Shown: positions 27,262-40,411 of the stretch, in pieces
Layout: each line of letters starts with the position of its first letter
Numbering within the stretch: position 1 is the first letter of the stretch
From: Trichoplax adhaerens
Taxonomy: Eukaryota > Animalia > Placozoa
Direction of reading: 5' to 3'
Assembly: GCF_000150275.1 (NCBI RefSeq)
Contig: NW_002060943.1
Coordinates: 4,360,008-4,424,007 of the forward strand
Length of the DNA stretch: 64,000 nucleotides
Translations under genes and position numbers: made by a program
The notes under the pieces: model-generated
The model's input: only the letters and a program-made list of their open reading frames with translations
Told to the model about the DNA's origin: nothing
Database searches by the model: none

Positions 27262-29413
27262 TGAACCCGAATTTATCCGATATGATACTGTGGATAATTA
27301 AATTCCAGATATGTTTCTAGTTATTACGTCGAAAGATAATTATAGTAGGCAGTATACGATAATAAAATGCTAGGCTACTACTTATTGATAAATTTATAAC
27401 GTGAAATTGAACCTAAATGTTCTTATTCTAGTAATCCGTTTCTGTAATGGAAAAGGAATATGGAAATGCTTATTTAATGCTTACACCAAGATAGATCTGG
27501 GAGTATGACGTATAATTCTTCATAATTTTAAAATTTTAACCCGAAAAAGCGACTGGATTACGAATAAGTACTGTACAGAATTGATAATATTAAGCATGAT
27601 ATTGCTACTTAAAATTAAAGCCAAAGATGTCATTGCGCATTCATGTAATCCGGTATTTGATTGGAGCAAGAACATGGCAGACTATAATCACTGAGGGTCG
27701 ATGAATAATATTTAAATACTCAGCGAGGCAAAATCTGTACACAGGCTTAAGTTATATGTATGATAAGTTACTTGTAAAACAATTAACCGAATGTCGACAT
27801 GTAACTTAACCTGAAAAAAACACAAAACACTTCCTAACGTTGTATTGATTGCTGGCTCACTTTGACTACTAATCTAGTAACTCAAAGTAGATACAAACTA
27901 AAATCCTAAAATGATCATGGACATAATACATATTCAAATAAATTTTTACTACTGCTAGTCGCCTTTGCATTATTTTCTCATCGTAGCATTATACTCGTAT
28001 TCAGCCTATCATGATTTAATACTTTAGAATATAAGGCTGACGATAAACTAACTAGTCTAATAATAATATTTTACGACAACAAAACTGTTTTCTATTAGTC
28101 CTCCATACGTAAGTGATGATTCTCGAGTTTATTAAACAGTTTTCTATAATTAACGTATTAGGGCAAAGTTTATAATGTACGAAATTAGTTTTGTACTTAC
28201 ATAAAAATATGATGAAATACCATATTCTGATATTATAGCTTAATTGATATTGGTGCATCAAATGACGTAACTAATAGTATCTTCAACTGTTCTCAAACTT
28301 ACTCTACTTGATTGAGACCGCAATTTATTAAATTGGGCAATTTCTTGCGGAGTCGTAATGCGATGTACGTGAGTTGCTTAGTACAGTATTAGTTGAGCTG
28401 GTAGTATTGAAAAGGGCTATATTTCTCGGTCTCTTATGCCATTTCCTTTATATTTTCTACGGAGGGTCTTACTTACAGAGGGCTATAACTTATTAATATA
28501 AGTTTATAGTAATTTTCAATCTAGCATCTGAAACTTTATAAGCTTGCTACCTTTTTGAGATTTTGCTTATTTGGTAATCTGGATTAGTTTTGAGCCATTA
28601 TTTTATTTCCATATTTTTAAGGAGATAGCCCCGAAAAAGGTCCTAAATTACCTGGAATATCGACACGATATTAATCTTTAGCATCTGGGAATACTTTTGT
28701 TCAAAGAATGAATTTAAAGATAAATATACTTGAAAAGACTGCTTGCTGATGGCCGTTGTTTATAAAATAATCCTGCGGGAACTTATGTAAAATACGATAG
28801 TCTTGAGATTGTCATATATTCCCAATGCAAGTTCCTCCTCGTCCGCACTAGTATTTATACAGATTTAAATGTTTAATAATAGAACGTTAGCTTTCTATTA
28901 ATAATATCTAAATATTATATATTAACTAAGGGGAAGAGCGCATACTGTGAATATTTGAAGTTTTTTGGAATTTATCTTATCAGAATTTATTGTAGTCTTA
29001 ATCTTGAGCTGGCTGTTTCATGAAATTTTAATTTATGTTTAATACTTGGTTTAGAATAGATTAATTTAATCTAATTACTTTTCGAAACCGTTACAAGGCA
29101 TCTTTATTCTAATAACAGCCTAGAATGGCAATCTGTTTACCATATTCTAGAGTGTATTATGCTATCGGAGAGCAATTCACATGATTAAAGTGACCTATGC
29201 TACAATAATCGACTATCTGATTTGTTGGCATAGCTAAGGGTGATTGAAATTAGATTCTACCGTAATAGATATAATATTAGGGTAGAAACTGCAATTACTA
29301 ATATAGTGTATAACAGGAGAAAACTCATACTTAGGGGTACCTACTAATAATCTTAGTATTTACTTTGGCTCTGTAAAGAAGTTCTGCATAACCATAATGC
29401 TCCATTATAACAT

Positions 29414-30046
29414 TGTCACAAAACAGCTTTGCAACAAGATAACGCAATATACGATCAATAAGTCAATTCCTTGAACCACGTATCAAGGAACGATATCTGC
29501 ACTATCACAAACACTTTTGCTCTACTAGCAGACTACACAAAGACTTAAACGCCTCGTATTTTACGTTAAACACTAAGTTGGACAATTCTTCTTTATTTCA
29601 CGATATACTGCATTTATATACTATTCCTCAATAGTTCATGAGTCATAGTTAATACAATTAACATTAGAATCATTTACTGAATTAGATATTAATTTTAGCT
29701 ACTGCTCCCTTAATGCAGACAACAGTATTTACGAACATAGACATGTAATGACTAATACAGAATAGTCAGATTACGATATGTCCTATCACGGAACATTTCC
29801 ATGATAATTTACAGTCTACCATAAGTAAATTACAATCACAATGATTCGAACTGTAAGCAGATGATTTGCATTCCCTATTATAACTATTATAATTTCAGTA
29901 TGTGTATAAGTGTCACTGTCATAAAAAGTCAGTGCTATATTAAAATACAGTATATCCAAATTAGAAGTTAACTAAATAAGGATAGTCTAACAGAATTATC
30001 CTAACATAGTTATTTCTACTGTAATACAGTATTTAACACTGTAACA
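29414..30046 (-). mobile_element. Solo LTR (633 bp), copy 2, same family, inverted orientation
   Basis: Reads TGTTACA...TGTGACA on the minus strand. Perfect 5-bp TSD AACAT at 29409-29413 and 30047-30051, different from the TSD of copy 1, so this is an independent insertion. Confidence 0.9.
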
Positions 30047-33000
30047 AACATCTACATCGAAGTAAAATATTTTAGAGTATCTTCTATACAAAGTTCTATA
30101 ATGTGAATGTTTTCACTCCGAAAATGTTTTAAATCTAGCAACGTGTCCCTTTATGTTGCAGTAAACAAGATTGTATCATGATCGAGAAGATTGAAATAAC
30201 TAATATGTAACTTGAGTGCTAATTGAGTGCTTTAGTTCGACAACAAGAATAGTTCAGTTGAAATTTAACGAGCACAATTCTCTATTTAAAAGCAGTAGTC
30301 TATGGAAGGGTTATCATTCATCATACTGGAAATTAGATATAATCAGATGTAGTAAAGGACTAAAAGTGGAGTCCTTTATAGCTTTAGTTCGAGACTATTA
30401 TTGCTTTACTATAGGAAATACCTTGAAAGTGGTAGTATTATTAAGTTTTACCCTGCCAAATCATGATGTGGCCATCTTTTCTTCTTCGCTATTTTACAAG
30501 ATTTTATATGGAATACTATAGGAATGACCTAAGAGCAATCTCCTAATCTAAAGAGAGGGGGTTTGATAGTCTATTGGGATTTTAAATGAATTTGTCTCAG
30601 TAATAAAGCCCTATATATAGAGAAAGGGGATTTATTACATGACATTAAAGTACTGTAATGTATAGTACTGTATAGTGATAGAGTCACCTTAAAACTTCGT
30701 TCTAAAATACCAACAGCCAATACTAATGTTAGAAAAGTAATCATAGTTGTCATATAAAACTTTTTATAAAACTTAAAATATTTTAAATATTTGGCAAATT
30801 CAAGAGCTTTTCTAAACTTATTGAAGGCGGCTTTAAATTCTAGTGAATTCGTTTCTTAAATTTTTGCAAATGTTTAATTTTTGGATTAAAAATGCAATTA
30901 TGCATCAATATGGTTATTAACGAAAAATGTCGATAGTTCCACATCACCTTATCAACATAATTGTTCTTTTTTCTGTCTTATTAAGATTCTTCGATGATTT
31001 TAACTCAATTTTTATTTATAATCTTGGAATTACGGAAAGATGGATATCATTCATGACTTATATGTTACATTGTTTATTTAGGGTGCGATCTTGGAGCACT
31101 TACTAAGGATTCAGCGTTTTATAAATGGTAAATATTGCATCATCGAACTGGAATCTGTCAGAAGACATTATCGTAATCAATACCACGGTAGTTGAAGATA
31201 TTGAATCTTTATTGACACACTATAACTTAATTGTTGCTTAACTATGATTCATTGAATAAGCAACTGCCTTAATACTAAAATCAGTAGCGTATTACATGAA
31301 TTCCTATCTCCTACTTCAAGTATAGCCCTCACTCCGTCCAAGGTGATCAAGGCCGAGGTACTATACTTACAGCAAATACAATATGTAGATGGTCTAATTC
31401 GTGCAAATTACAGTACTATATTTTCGTAATAGTTGAACTAAATTCAGTTTTCAATTTGATTATATCTGCATATAAGAGCACGTGATTATCAGGGGAAATG
31501 ATTTTCGGTAAAAAAATGCATTAGATAGCATAGGATATCGGTCTGTGCGTTTAAAATTTACTCACAGAATATGGATTCACCCTATCCTATTTCGCATATT
31601 GTTTGGAGAAGTAAATAATATATCGTTTTGCATGTAGTAATGACATTTAGAATAGGTAGTATTGCTTGTCTTTATTGAAGTCTATGTTTCTAGGTTAGAC
31701 TACTAATTAAAATCAATGCTTGGATTATATCCTAATCAATAGGGGGGTATAAATTACATATCCAGCTTTTTATGTGTAATTATGGCCATTGGATGATTTA
31801 TTGAAGCATCTCAAGTATGACATAATCATATAGTATTTTGTATTTATTGTAACCTATGAACGGAATTCATGCGATATTATATGCAGCAGTAGCATTTAAA
31901 CTGAGAAATTAAAAACATTTATTATACAATGATGATATTAAATATGCATGATTGACTATATAAACAGCTATTGTTGTTGAGTTGTACTTATTCCGAAGTA
32001 CAGTATAGCATCAGTTAGTTGTCAAGACTATTTCTGTACCAATAGTATATCAACAAGTGACTCAAATACTACTAGAAGTAATACAAAATAGCATCATCTT
32101 GTACTTCCGTAATTAGCAACCTAAATTTCTATATAGTTACTTACCAAATCTTATCGTAGCCGATACTGACATAATTCAAGGAATGCAAAATGGCTATTTC
32201 TTAAATTGTGAATTATAATCTTTATTAATGATATCAGTAATGCATCATTTAAAATGTATTATTGAGTTGTATAGTGATCAGGTTTTTATACAGAGTTTGA
32301 ATTTACAACGATAATATCACGAATCTGTGGGATTCCCTTAAATAGATTAATCTATTCTACCTGATTTTATGAATGTAAGGACGCAATTTGTCAGAAATAG
32401 GTATTATGTAGTTTACTATTAGTAGCTAAAGATACAATAGAAGGTGTAGCTGGAGATTTCACCAACTATAATTATGAATCGTACGAATAAATCCCCAGAT
32501 AAAGCTCATTTCCCCTTTGTTTGTTTACATATCGCAATAGGGATCGTCTATCAGATCGATATATTATAAGAAAGAACTAAGATAGTTTTTGAACAATTTC
32601 AAAGTACAGGAATTCGCTATAATGTTCAGAAGTAAACTGCAACAACATTCGAGTACTAATTGATGCTTACAAAATTGCTATTCTATATTTCTATAAGAAT
32701 ATTGTTAGTATTATTAATGTTCATCCTATATGCACATATTAGTATGATGTCGATTTAACCTTTATATTAAATTATTAAAGGGCGTACTTACATAATTCAA
32801 AAATATTCTTATAAGTAAAGTGAATAAACAGAGTCCACTTTTATTACCTTCTTTGACCTATCTATAAATCGCGGTTATTACGTCATTTAAGCATTTTACC
32901 AGTATTGTTTATAGAATCCGCCAATTAAGTTAAATTTACTGGCGAAAAAATAATCTGATCGAAACAAAGCTACTTTACTTCAATACAGTGCAGGTGAGTA

Positions 33001-33826
33001 AAATTCAGGTTTTTGTAATTACTGGCCAAAAGTTTTCTAAATTTACTAAAGCTATTTCTATGTCGATAAGTAATAGAAGCCTTTAACCGCAAGTACTATT
33101 TTTATCTATTGTTTATTTATTCTTCTATCGTGGGTTCTGTTTAAATCTCTGTAATAAATTTAAATTTATGCTATCTTATAAGAATCATTAAATTTGTAAA
33201 AACATTAGCAAAAATATAAATATAGGCGCACTTGGAGTTGGTTTTCAGAGAACCTACTTTGAAATCACAAGCTTAGTATCGAAGCAACTGTTTTAATTTT
33301 TATAAAAACCAAGAAAAATTGCGGTAAGTCGATAATATTCGAAAGATTTAATTCGAATTCATCTGATATTGATTTTATAGTATTAAAATTCACCATATAA
33401 GTTTGGAAGACTTTGTTAACTATTACTTAACATGATGAAGTTATTATGATTTATTTGCGGCATTAAAAGCTACACTGATTTAATTATGTAACGACCATAA
33501 ACTAATTTATACACTTTGCATATATATTTTAAAATTGTAAAATTAGGGTATAAATTCAAATCCTGTTCATATATCACTATTTTAGTAGTCACCATTTGTA
33601 CTCCACTTTCTTTGATAGTTTTATAACTTCTTTCTAATATTTCGATGTTATAGCTTGCACACTTTTGATCGTTTAATTTATTTAGTTAGCCTGTTTAGAA
33701 ATTATTTCTGTTAGCTGTACAGATTCGTGTATTAAGATAATTAATAATAGTTTTTGGTCAGAAAATCCGGAACAGCCTGCTCTAATGTTTTATTGGCGAC
33801 AAACTTTTAGATCTAAAAAATTCAAA

Positions 33827-36800
33827 ATGAGAAAAAGAGTAATGACGGACTGGTTGAAGGAAATACTCGAAGAGAATGCTGTGGAAGGAATACATTACGT
33901 TAACGGGAGCAAGGATACCTTTGCTATCAAGTGGGTACATGCTTCCAATAAGAGCTATGACCCTGATTGTCACGGTGCTATATTTAAACGTTGGATGAAG
34001 AAAAGTAGAAAATTAGATAAATATAAGTCAAATTATAGTATGTGGAAGACCAACTTCCGCTGTGCTATTAATTCTCTTCCGGACGTCATGTGTTTGAGCG
34101 CCACAGATAGTCAATTTGCTGATGATGATAAATATAAAGGTTACAAAATATTCCAGTTTGTTGATGAAAAACTGAAATCTCAGCGTAAGTTATTTGTATA
34201 TCACTTTGATTGCGAGAGAAATAAAATGATTAATTTTTATCGTAATTAATATACCTGCTATATATAATTCGTATTTTGTCAACATAATTTTAGCATATCT
34301 CGAAAAAAATGGAACAAATAACTTGAAATATACAAATATATATGAGTAATAATTAGGCTTTACTTTTGCAGTTATAACGAAGTCTCGGAATCGTCAAAAT
34401 CAAAATCGCAAATTCAAGTCTGAAAGAAAGGTAAAATAAATTCAATATTTGTATTCTACTGCTATCATAATATTCAGTTCAATAGACTATTCCCCCGAAT
34501 TAGTCTATCTTTCTAGTACTTTGTTGTATGTTGATGAAGTATTCAATCTGATAAAAAGCACTTAATATTCAAAATCAATACAATTCAATCAAAATTTAAC
34601 TATCGGTTCGTGAATATTGAGTGTAACCTAGGATAGTTGCGGGTATTAAGATAAACTATAATTTTGCACAAGTTATGTTAGCGTGTATCGATTAATAATG
34701 TAGCTATTATTACAGTTAAATACTTGTCTAGATAACTAGATTCAAGTGAGAGCCAGATGGTCTTAATTATCGCACTAATTCATATTAGTCGCAAAATTTG
34801 ATAATAATTTTGAACTAATAAACCGAAGTTCATATTTTTTCTGGATGATAATACTATAAATTTGAGTTTGGTTTAAGAAGTCAAGGATAAAATCTCCATA
34901 TAAAGACTTACTAGAAACTTAATAATCAGTCATCATGGCAACACAATGTCTTTTTCTAATATGTAGTCTATAGTGTTGCAATAATTTCTAAAATATTTCA
35001 ATTAGTTATCACATGTAACTAAATCAGGTAAAGTATAAAGGATTAAAAATTACATTGGAGTTATTTTACGCAAAGGTAGATAAAGTATCAAAGGGTGATT
35101 GTCAAAAATCAAATATTCCTGTATCAATTCTTTAGGTATAGGTGTTAAATCCTCACCGATTGATTTTTATTGACATATCATATGAGTATAATAGGAGCTA
35201 TTAAATCATGATAGAGAGAAATGGGAATAGATTATATTATTAGAACATAATAATATTGCTCAAGTTACGAGTTTAAGTGTACTTTTGACTAGTGATTTGC
35301 TGTTTTGTATGTGGTTGGATTTGAAATATCTTATTAACATGATATTTTTCAAATTGAATGTAGGCCTGCCATTTAGATAAGTCAGGAAGATGTTCAATGG
35401 GTAAAATTAAGATGACTATCCAATAATTTACTAATATTTAAATTAAAGTAAAGACAGAGCTCAAATTTTCATGCTATAGTGTTACCACTTTGTATCTGTG
35501 TAAGCTTACAAACAGTTCTCACAATTAGCAAGAAGCAGTGGATATCTCCAAAATTGCCTGATTACTACCAGCTAGTAATCATACTGTATATTATAATATC
35601 AATATAGGTGATTTAGACTCAAATGCGTCAAGTCCTCATGAATCATTATCACCGGTACAAACACCACCACAGTCGTCAGAGCTCTTGGCAAGTTCTTTTG
35701 GCTATACCGTATGTTCCAATGATGACAGACACTATTCAGGTTGATAGAATTATTTTCATTGCTGGTATTTTTTAAATCTATAATTATATAATGAAAGTTA
35801 ATTATTAGTTGCGTAGAAGAACACTAGAATTAGACTGATCGGTTGAACAGTGAAATATTGACTTGTAAATTTTAATTAACTCTATAGATTAGGAAAATAA
35901 CATTTTCATTTGTGTATTGTTTCTTATTAGGAGATAGTCATTTCTCAAGGGATGAAGAATATTGGGTAAGAAAAGAGATAATAACTTTGCTTTTAGAATT
36001 GGCGATATCAGTATTTCTAAGTTATTGTGATCAGAGTTTATGCGGTATCTTACTGTTCTATAAATATCTTGTAAGTTACCCATAACGTACTTCATTATCA
36101 CTTAGCTCAGAATACGAGTAGCGACTACCAGAAACCCAAAATAAAAACATTAAGTCGATTATTGAACAGAAAATAATATTATTTCTGCAGTAAAGGCGCT
36201 TTTACGGTAGTGAATAATTTAAGTTAGACCGTGCTAGTGATTCATTTACTATGTAATAGTTTACAGAAATACCACACGTAAGTTCTTACAAGATTTCTTC
36301 ATACTTAGAGTTCAGTGAACCAGGCTAATAATTTGCTGGTCTACAGTAGCATAAATAAATGATATTCTTTTTAATTGGAGTAGAGGGTTATTAGTTCGCA
36401 ATTTCGAATTTATTTATTAAGCCTAGTAAAAATTTATAATTAATTGATTATACTCTTACCTTACGATATTTTGATTCATTTGATCATTTTTGTATTACAG
36501 TGATAATTAACTATTTTCTTAATATACGCGTGTTTACGTTGTCTATTGCATTTTATATTATTAGCTTAGCAGTTTCTTGATGTAATGCGACATTAAAATT
36601 ACTATTATGGGTTGTCTTGTGATCGAAATTGATGAATCTCATATCTGAAAACTCTTCATTTTTAGACTGATATTAGCGCTGTTCTCTCATTAAATGAAAA
36701 AGGGGATAAAATTAAAAATGATTATAATTTGAATGAAACTGCTCTATCGGAAATCAACCAGTGGGATGAAAATTTACGTGATGATGTCTACTTCGGCGGT

Positions 36801-36833
36801 TGGATGTATAGCGCACGGACATTTCCAATGTAA
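33827..36833 (+). CDS. Interferon regulatory factor, IRF1/2-group (~254 aa); coding exons 33827-34184, 34372-34430, 35364-35400, 35608-35739, 36267-36277, 36666-36833
   Basis: The IRF DNA-binding domain lies in one exon: DWLKE...IKWVHA...FKRWM...MWKTNFRCAINSLPD...YKIFQF (cf. IRF1/2 WKANFRCAMNSLPD). A basic NLS-like exon and a low-complexity tail follow, with no IAD1 domain. Downstream exons were joined by splice consensus and phase only, so they are less certain than the DBD. Candidate 5'UTR donors at 32994 and 33324. Confidence 0.85.
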
Positions 36834-37990
36834 TAAGATTCATTCAGCTCTTCTTATATCGTGAATCTATGAAGCATATTCTTCATAAAGCTTGGATTAG
36901 ATGGATTCACTATAACAGTAATCGTGCCTTTTGCACCTTTACTTGTCAGTAGCGTTGGTATCGTTAGCTAGCCCTACCCGAATCTATCAAATACTAATTC
37001 TTAAACTGAAAATTCGAAATGGGAGTCACATAAACATGGTCTATGATCTTTACCAGAACTTAAAATTTTTAGAATAATTTCTCATGCGTCATTGCTTAAA
37101 AATTATGATTAATTTTCGATAGATGCATCAATTTGTAGATCATTTATAAGTTTAATACAACTTCCATGTTCGAACCTTGTCAGTAAAAAATGACCTTGAT
37201 TGGTGTTGTAAATATCAAACCGATTTTTTCAGTTTTATTCTGTTTTTAGTATTGTTATTAAGAATATTCTGAATTGAAATTATTTTTTAACCATTTTCGA
37301 GTATTCTTTATAATAAGAATATATCCGTTTTCGTAACTACGATACTGAGCTGATCAAAATCAATATTGATGTACGAATTCTGGCCTCGAACGATTACCTT
37401 CAAATGATATCTAACGGGGGCTATCATAACCATGAAAAGATAATGTAATTGGAAATTTAATATTTTATTCAATAATGTAATTAATTGATGTAATCAGTTA
37501 TATGATATAATCATAATAGTGGCTTTGTCTACTGTATACCTATGTAAATGCTAGTATGCTTATAAATAGCTTACGGCTTTATCGAATAATGGCTAAGTGT
37601 AATTGAACGTGGAATTGTAAAAACGATTCATCAGTGAAACTTAGTCATGCCACATTTAGTACATACAAAGTTCAGCCTATAACATTAAAATAAATGTTAT
37701 TGCAATATTCATAAACATCACATTGGAAATTAATTACAGTGAAATATTACCTTTCAGAAAATTTCCTTTAGGATTATTTTGTTTGCAACCTTTACTTCGA
37801 CATCCTTAAATTGATTTTGATGGTTGGATAGCTTGAAATACGGTAAAAATTATTTTATGGAAAGTACGGATATGCGGAATGATTAGTGGACCATTTATGA
37901 ATATTTATGACAACTGGGGAAAAGTAATTACTGTCGGTATAATTAGGTTATGTTAGTAGTTAACCATGTGATGATTTGACTCCTATTTGT

Positions 37991-38298
37991 AAAAAAGCTG
38001 ACAACATAGCAAACTCCCTATCACAGTTGGCCCTGCATGGTGCCATGATCATATATTTCCGTCGGCGTCATGCATCAATAGCGCTGTAGAATGTAGAGAA
38101 TATGCAAGGTCCTATACTTACAGTCCTACTAACTATCTCCGTTCATCTCGCTGGTGTCCGTGACCCTAAATATAAATCACCAGGCAGGCCTACACAAACA
38201 CACTCCATGCAGATTAATGCCGGTAATTCTCTGCAGAATCTTTCCGGGAATGTCCATTATAGCAATCCAAACGTATCAATGTTTGCTTTACTAAAGCT
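37991..38298 (-). ncRNA. Candidate ~308-nt structured non-coding RNA of unknown family, possibly Pol III
   Basis: GC-richer island. The 5' and 3' ends pair over ~16 bp and are followed directly by T6. There is a ~20-bp internal helix (38191-38213 with 38032-38055) and several nested hairpins. Many G-U pairs work only on the minus strand. An AT-rich box (38319-38327) and an octamer ATGCAAAT (38425-38432) lie upstream. Confidence 0.55.
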
Positions 38299-39603
38299 GG
38301 CCGTGCATGAAATTGCGATTAATTAAAGTACTGTATTTTGATCTATTTTACAACTAATGGATATACTGCTGCTCATCTCCGAATCAACTCTGCATTTTAC
38401 GAATTCTATTCCATTTAATTACGTATGCAAATGAAGGAAGCGGAACTGAATAAAATGATTTTAATTTATAAAAGTAGCTGCTCCAAATACTATTCAAGAT
38501 ATCTTTACAAAAAGGTTTTAAAGAACGCTACATTGATGTCACTGCTCCATTTGACTGATTATATTTAATAAGACGGGTTGTTAGAGTTACATAAATTTAA
38601 AATTCAGCATTAGGAACGATCCAGTGAATTTCTTTCTTTTCCTTATGGTTAGATAAGAATAAAGCCGTTTATGACACCATAAAAGCGAAGGGTAGTGAAT
38701 TGGTTCCATTTTAGGGAAATTTGCTTAATCAACATTACTCTTGAAATACGTAACAAAATATTTGAAAATGATAACTCAACTCAAGAGTGAAGCTGATTAA
38801 GTAAATTTCCGACTAATTTAAGCCATCATTCGGGCATTGGCCAACTTCAGGGTTTGTCTATAGCTGACAGATGCGGTACGAATGACGACGATTGAATGAT
38901 TGAAGCAAAATGCAATCAATCCACAACAATTTGTTGATGACCATTGTGGTAAGATTACAAAACTATATCAACTTAGTGTAAAATAGTTACATCTAAGGAA
39001 TTTCTCGTAATATTACTCTATGCCAGGCCATGAGATTCTAGAAAAATACAATTTGAAAATCTCTGTGACATAGCTGGAGTAGGAATTCAATGGGATTTCA
39101 TCGAACTCCAGTACTGATGCAGTCATACTAATGTTGTAACCTACAGTAGTAACTACTATGGAAAAATATCAGAGTGCTCGGTTGGGGTCGTGAAATTCAA
39201 TCCAATAGCGAGTTGAGTTGTGGACTTGTGGTTGATTCTGATGCTGCAAAGAAGAACCGAGTTGGTTCAGGTTGAGCGAGTGGCGGGTGGAAATTTTTGG
39301 TGATTTAAGGTTGAGTTTAGTTTCAAGAGCGTATATTGCCTTTAGGATTCAAGCTGGATCTAGGGGTTCATCTCGTCATTTTGAAGCTCTCTGCTCCCTA
39401 CTCGTATATAGTAGTGAATAACTAAACTCCTATACTGTACTTTGGATCAATTCAATCTTTCCCCTTCTTAGTAGACCCGGACTACAAAAGACTATGGTCA
39501 ATATACAGTAGCAGTCCACGATTGCAACGATCGTTCAAGAAAATGCGCAATCTAGGATTACTGTACTGTACTGTATAACTGTAGAATCACAACCAACGAT
39601 TTA

Positions 39604-39907
39604 CACTGTGGGACACGGATACCTAATTTTGGCCGATGAGATGTGATTTCTTGTTTTTGGTAACTATACCCTACCGAATGAGGTCAAAATATCGAAAAAT
39701 GAATTGCTTAGTATGGATCTTCTGCATCTGTTTTTCGTTTATTTTTTTTATTTTATTTTATCCTCCAATGCGGTACTCATGCACTAGAATACTAGATGCA
39801 CCTGGCTAGGAAATTCGTCAGACAGACAGACTTTTTTTGATACCAAATGAGGCCCAAAAATGGAAAAATGAATTGCTTAGTATGGATCTTCTGTATCTAT
39901 TTTTCGT
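39604..39907. mobile_element. Possible truncated DNA-transposon end with a 67-bp internal direct repeat
   Basis: Starts CACTGTGG (Transib/RSS-heptamer-like). 39672-39738 and 39841-39907 are a close direct repeat sharing GAAAAATGAATTGCTTAGTATGGATCTTCTG. No partner TIR found in the window. Confidence 0.3.
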
Positions 39908-40411
39908 AATCATGGCTTGTAGTAATTATAATTGAAGAACATTCATAACTTAATATAACTATTTTGAAGTAGAACTTGGTAACATAGAAATAGATTTCAA
40001 TATCCCTCCCACCCTAAACTAGCATGACTTGATTTAGAAAAGAAACCAATCACAGAATGGAGCAAGCGCTTAATGGCTTTAGTATGCCAAAAAGCCTGGA
40101 GTTGAAAATCCTCTTGACTACTGCACCATGTACAGTGTACAGTACAGCAGTAAATGACAAAGGAGCGTTTGCTACCTACCCACTTACACTTCCTTGTATC
40201 ACGATGACGATAGAGCTTACTGTACAGTGAGTGTATGCACAGTAGTACAGTGGCGCAAAAGGGACAACTTTTACGGAATAGAATCTGTACAGGAGTAAAA
40301 AAAGAATTTCTACCTATTTTGGGCTAGCATACAGTAGGCCTAGCCTATTGTACAGTATGGACTTGATCATGAACATGATGAATGGGGATTAAGGGTACAC
40401 AGTACAGTACA

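Noticed and set aside
32329-32515. kB-like sites (GGGATTCCC and weaker ones) upstream of the IRF gene
   Set aside because: None is a full 10-bp consensus and the transcription start is unknown.
38102-38326. 74-aa plus-strand ORF
   Set aside because: No recognisable domain; better explained as a by-product of the GC-richer structured minus-strand segment.
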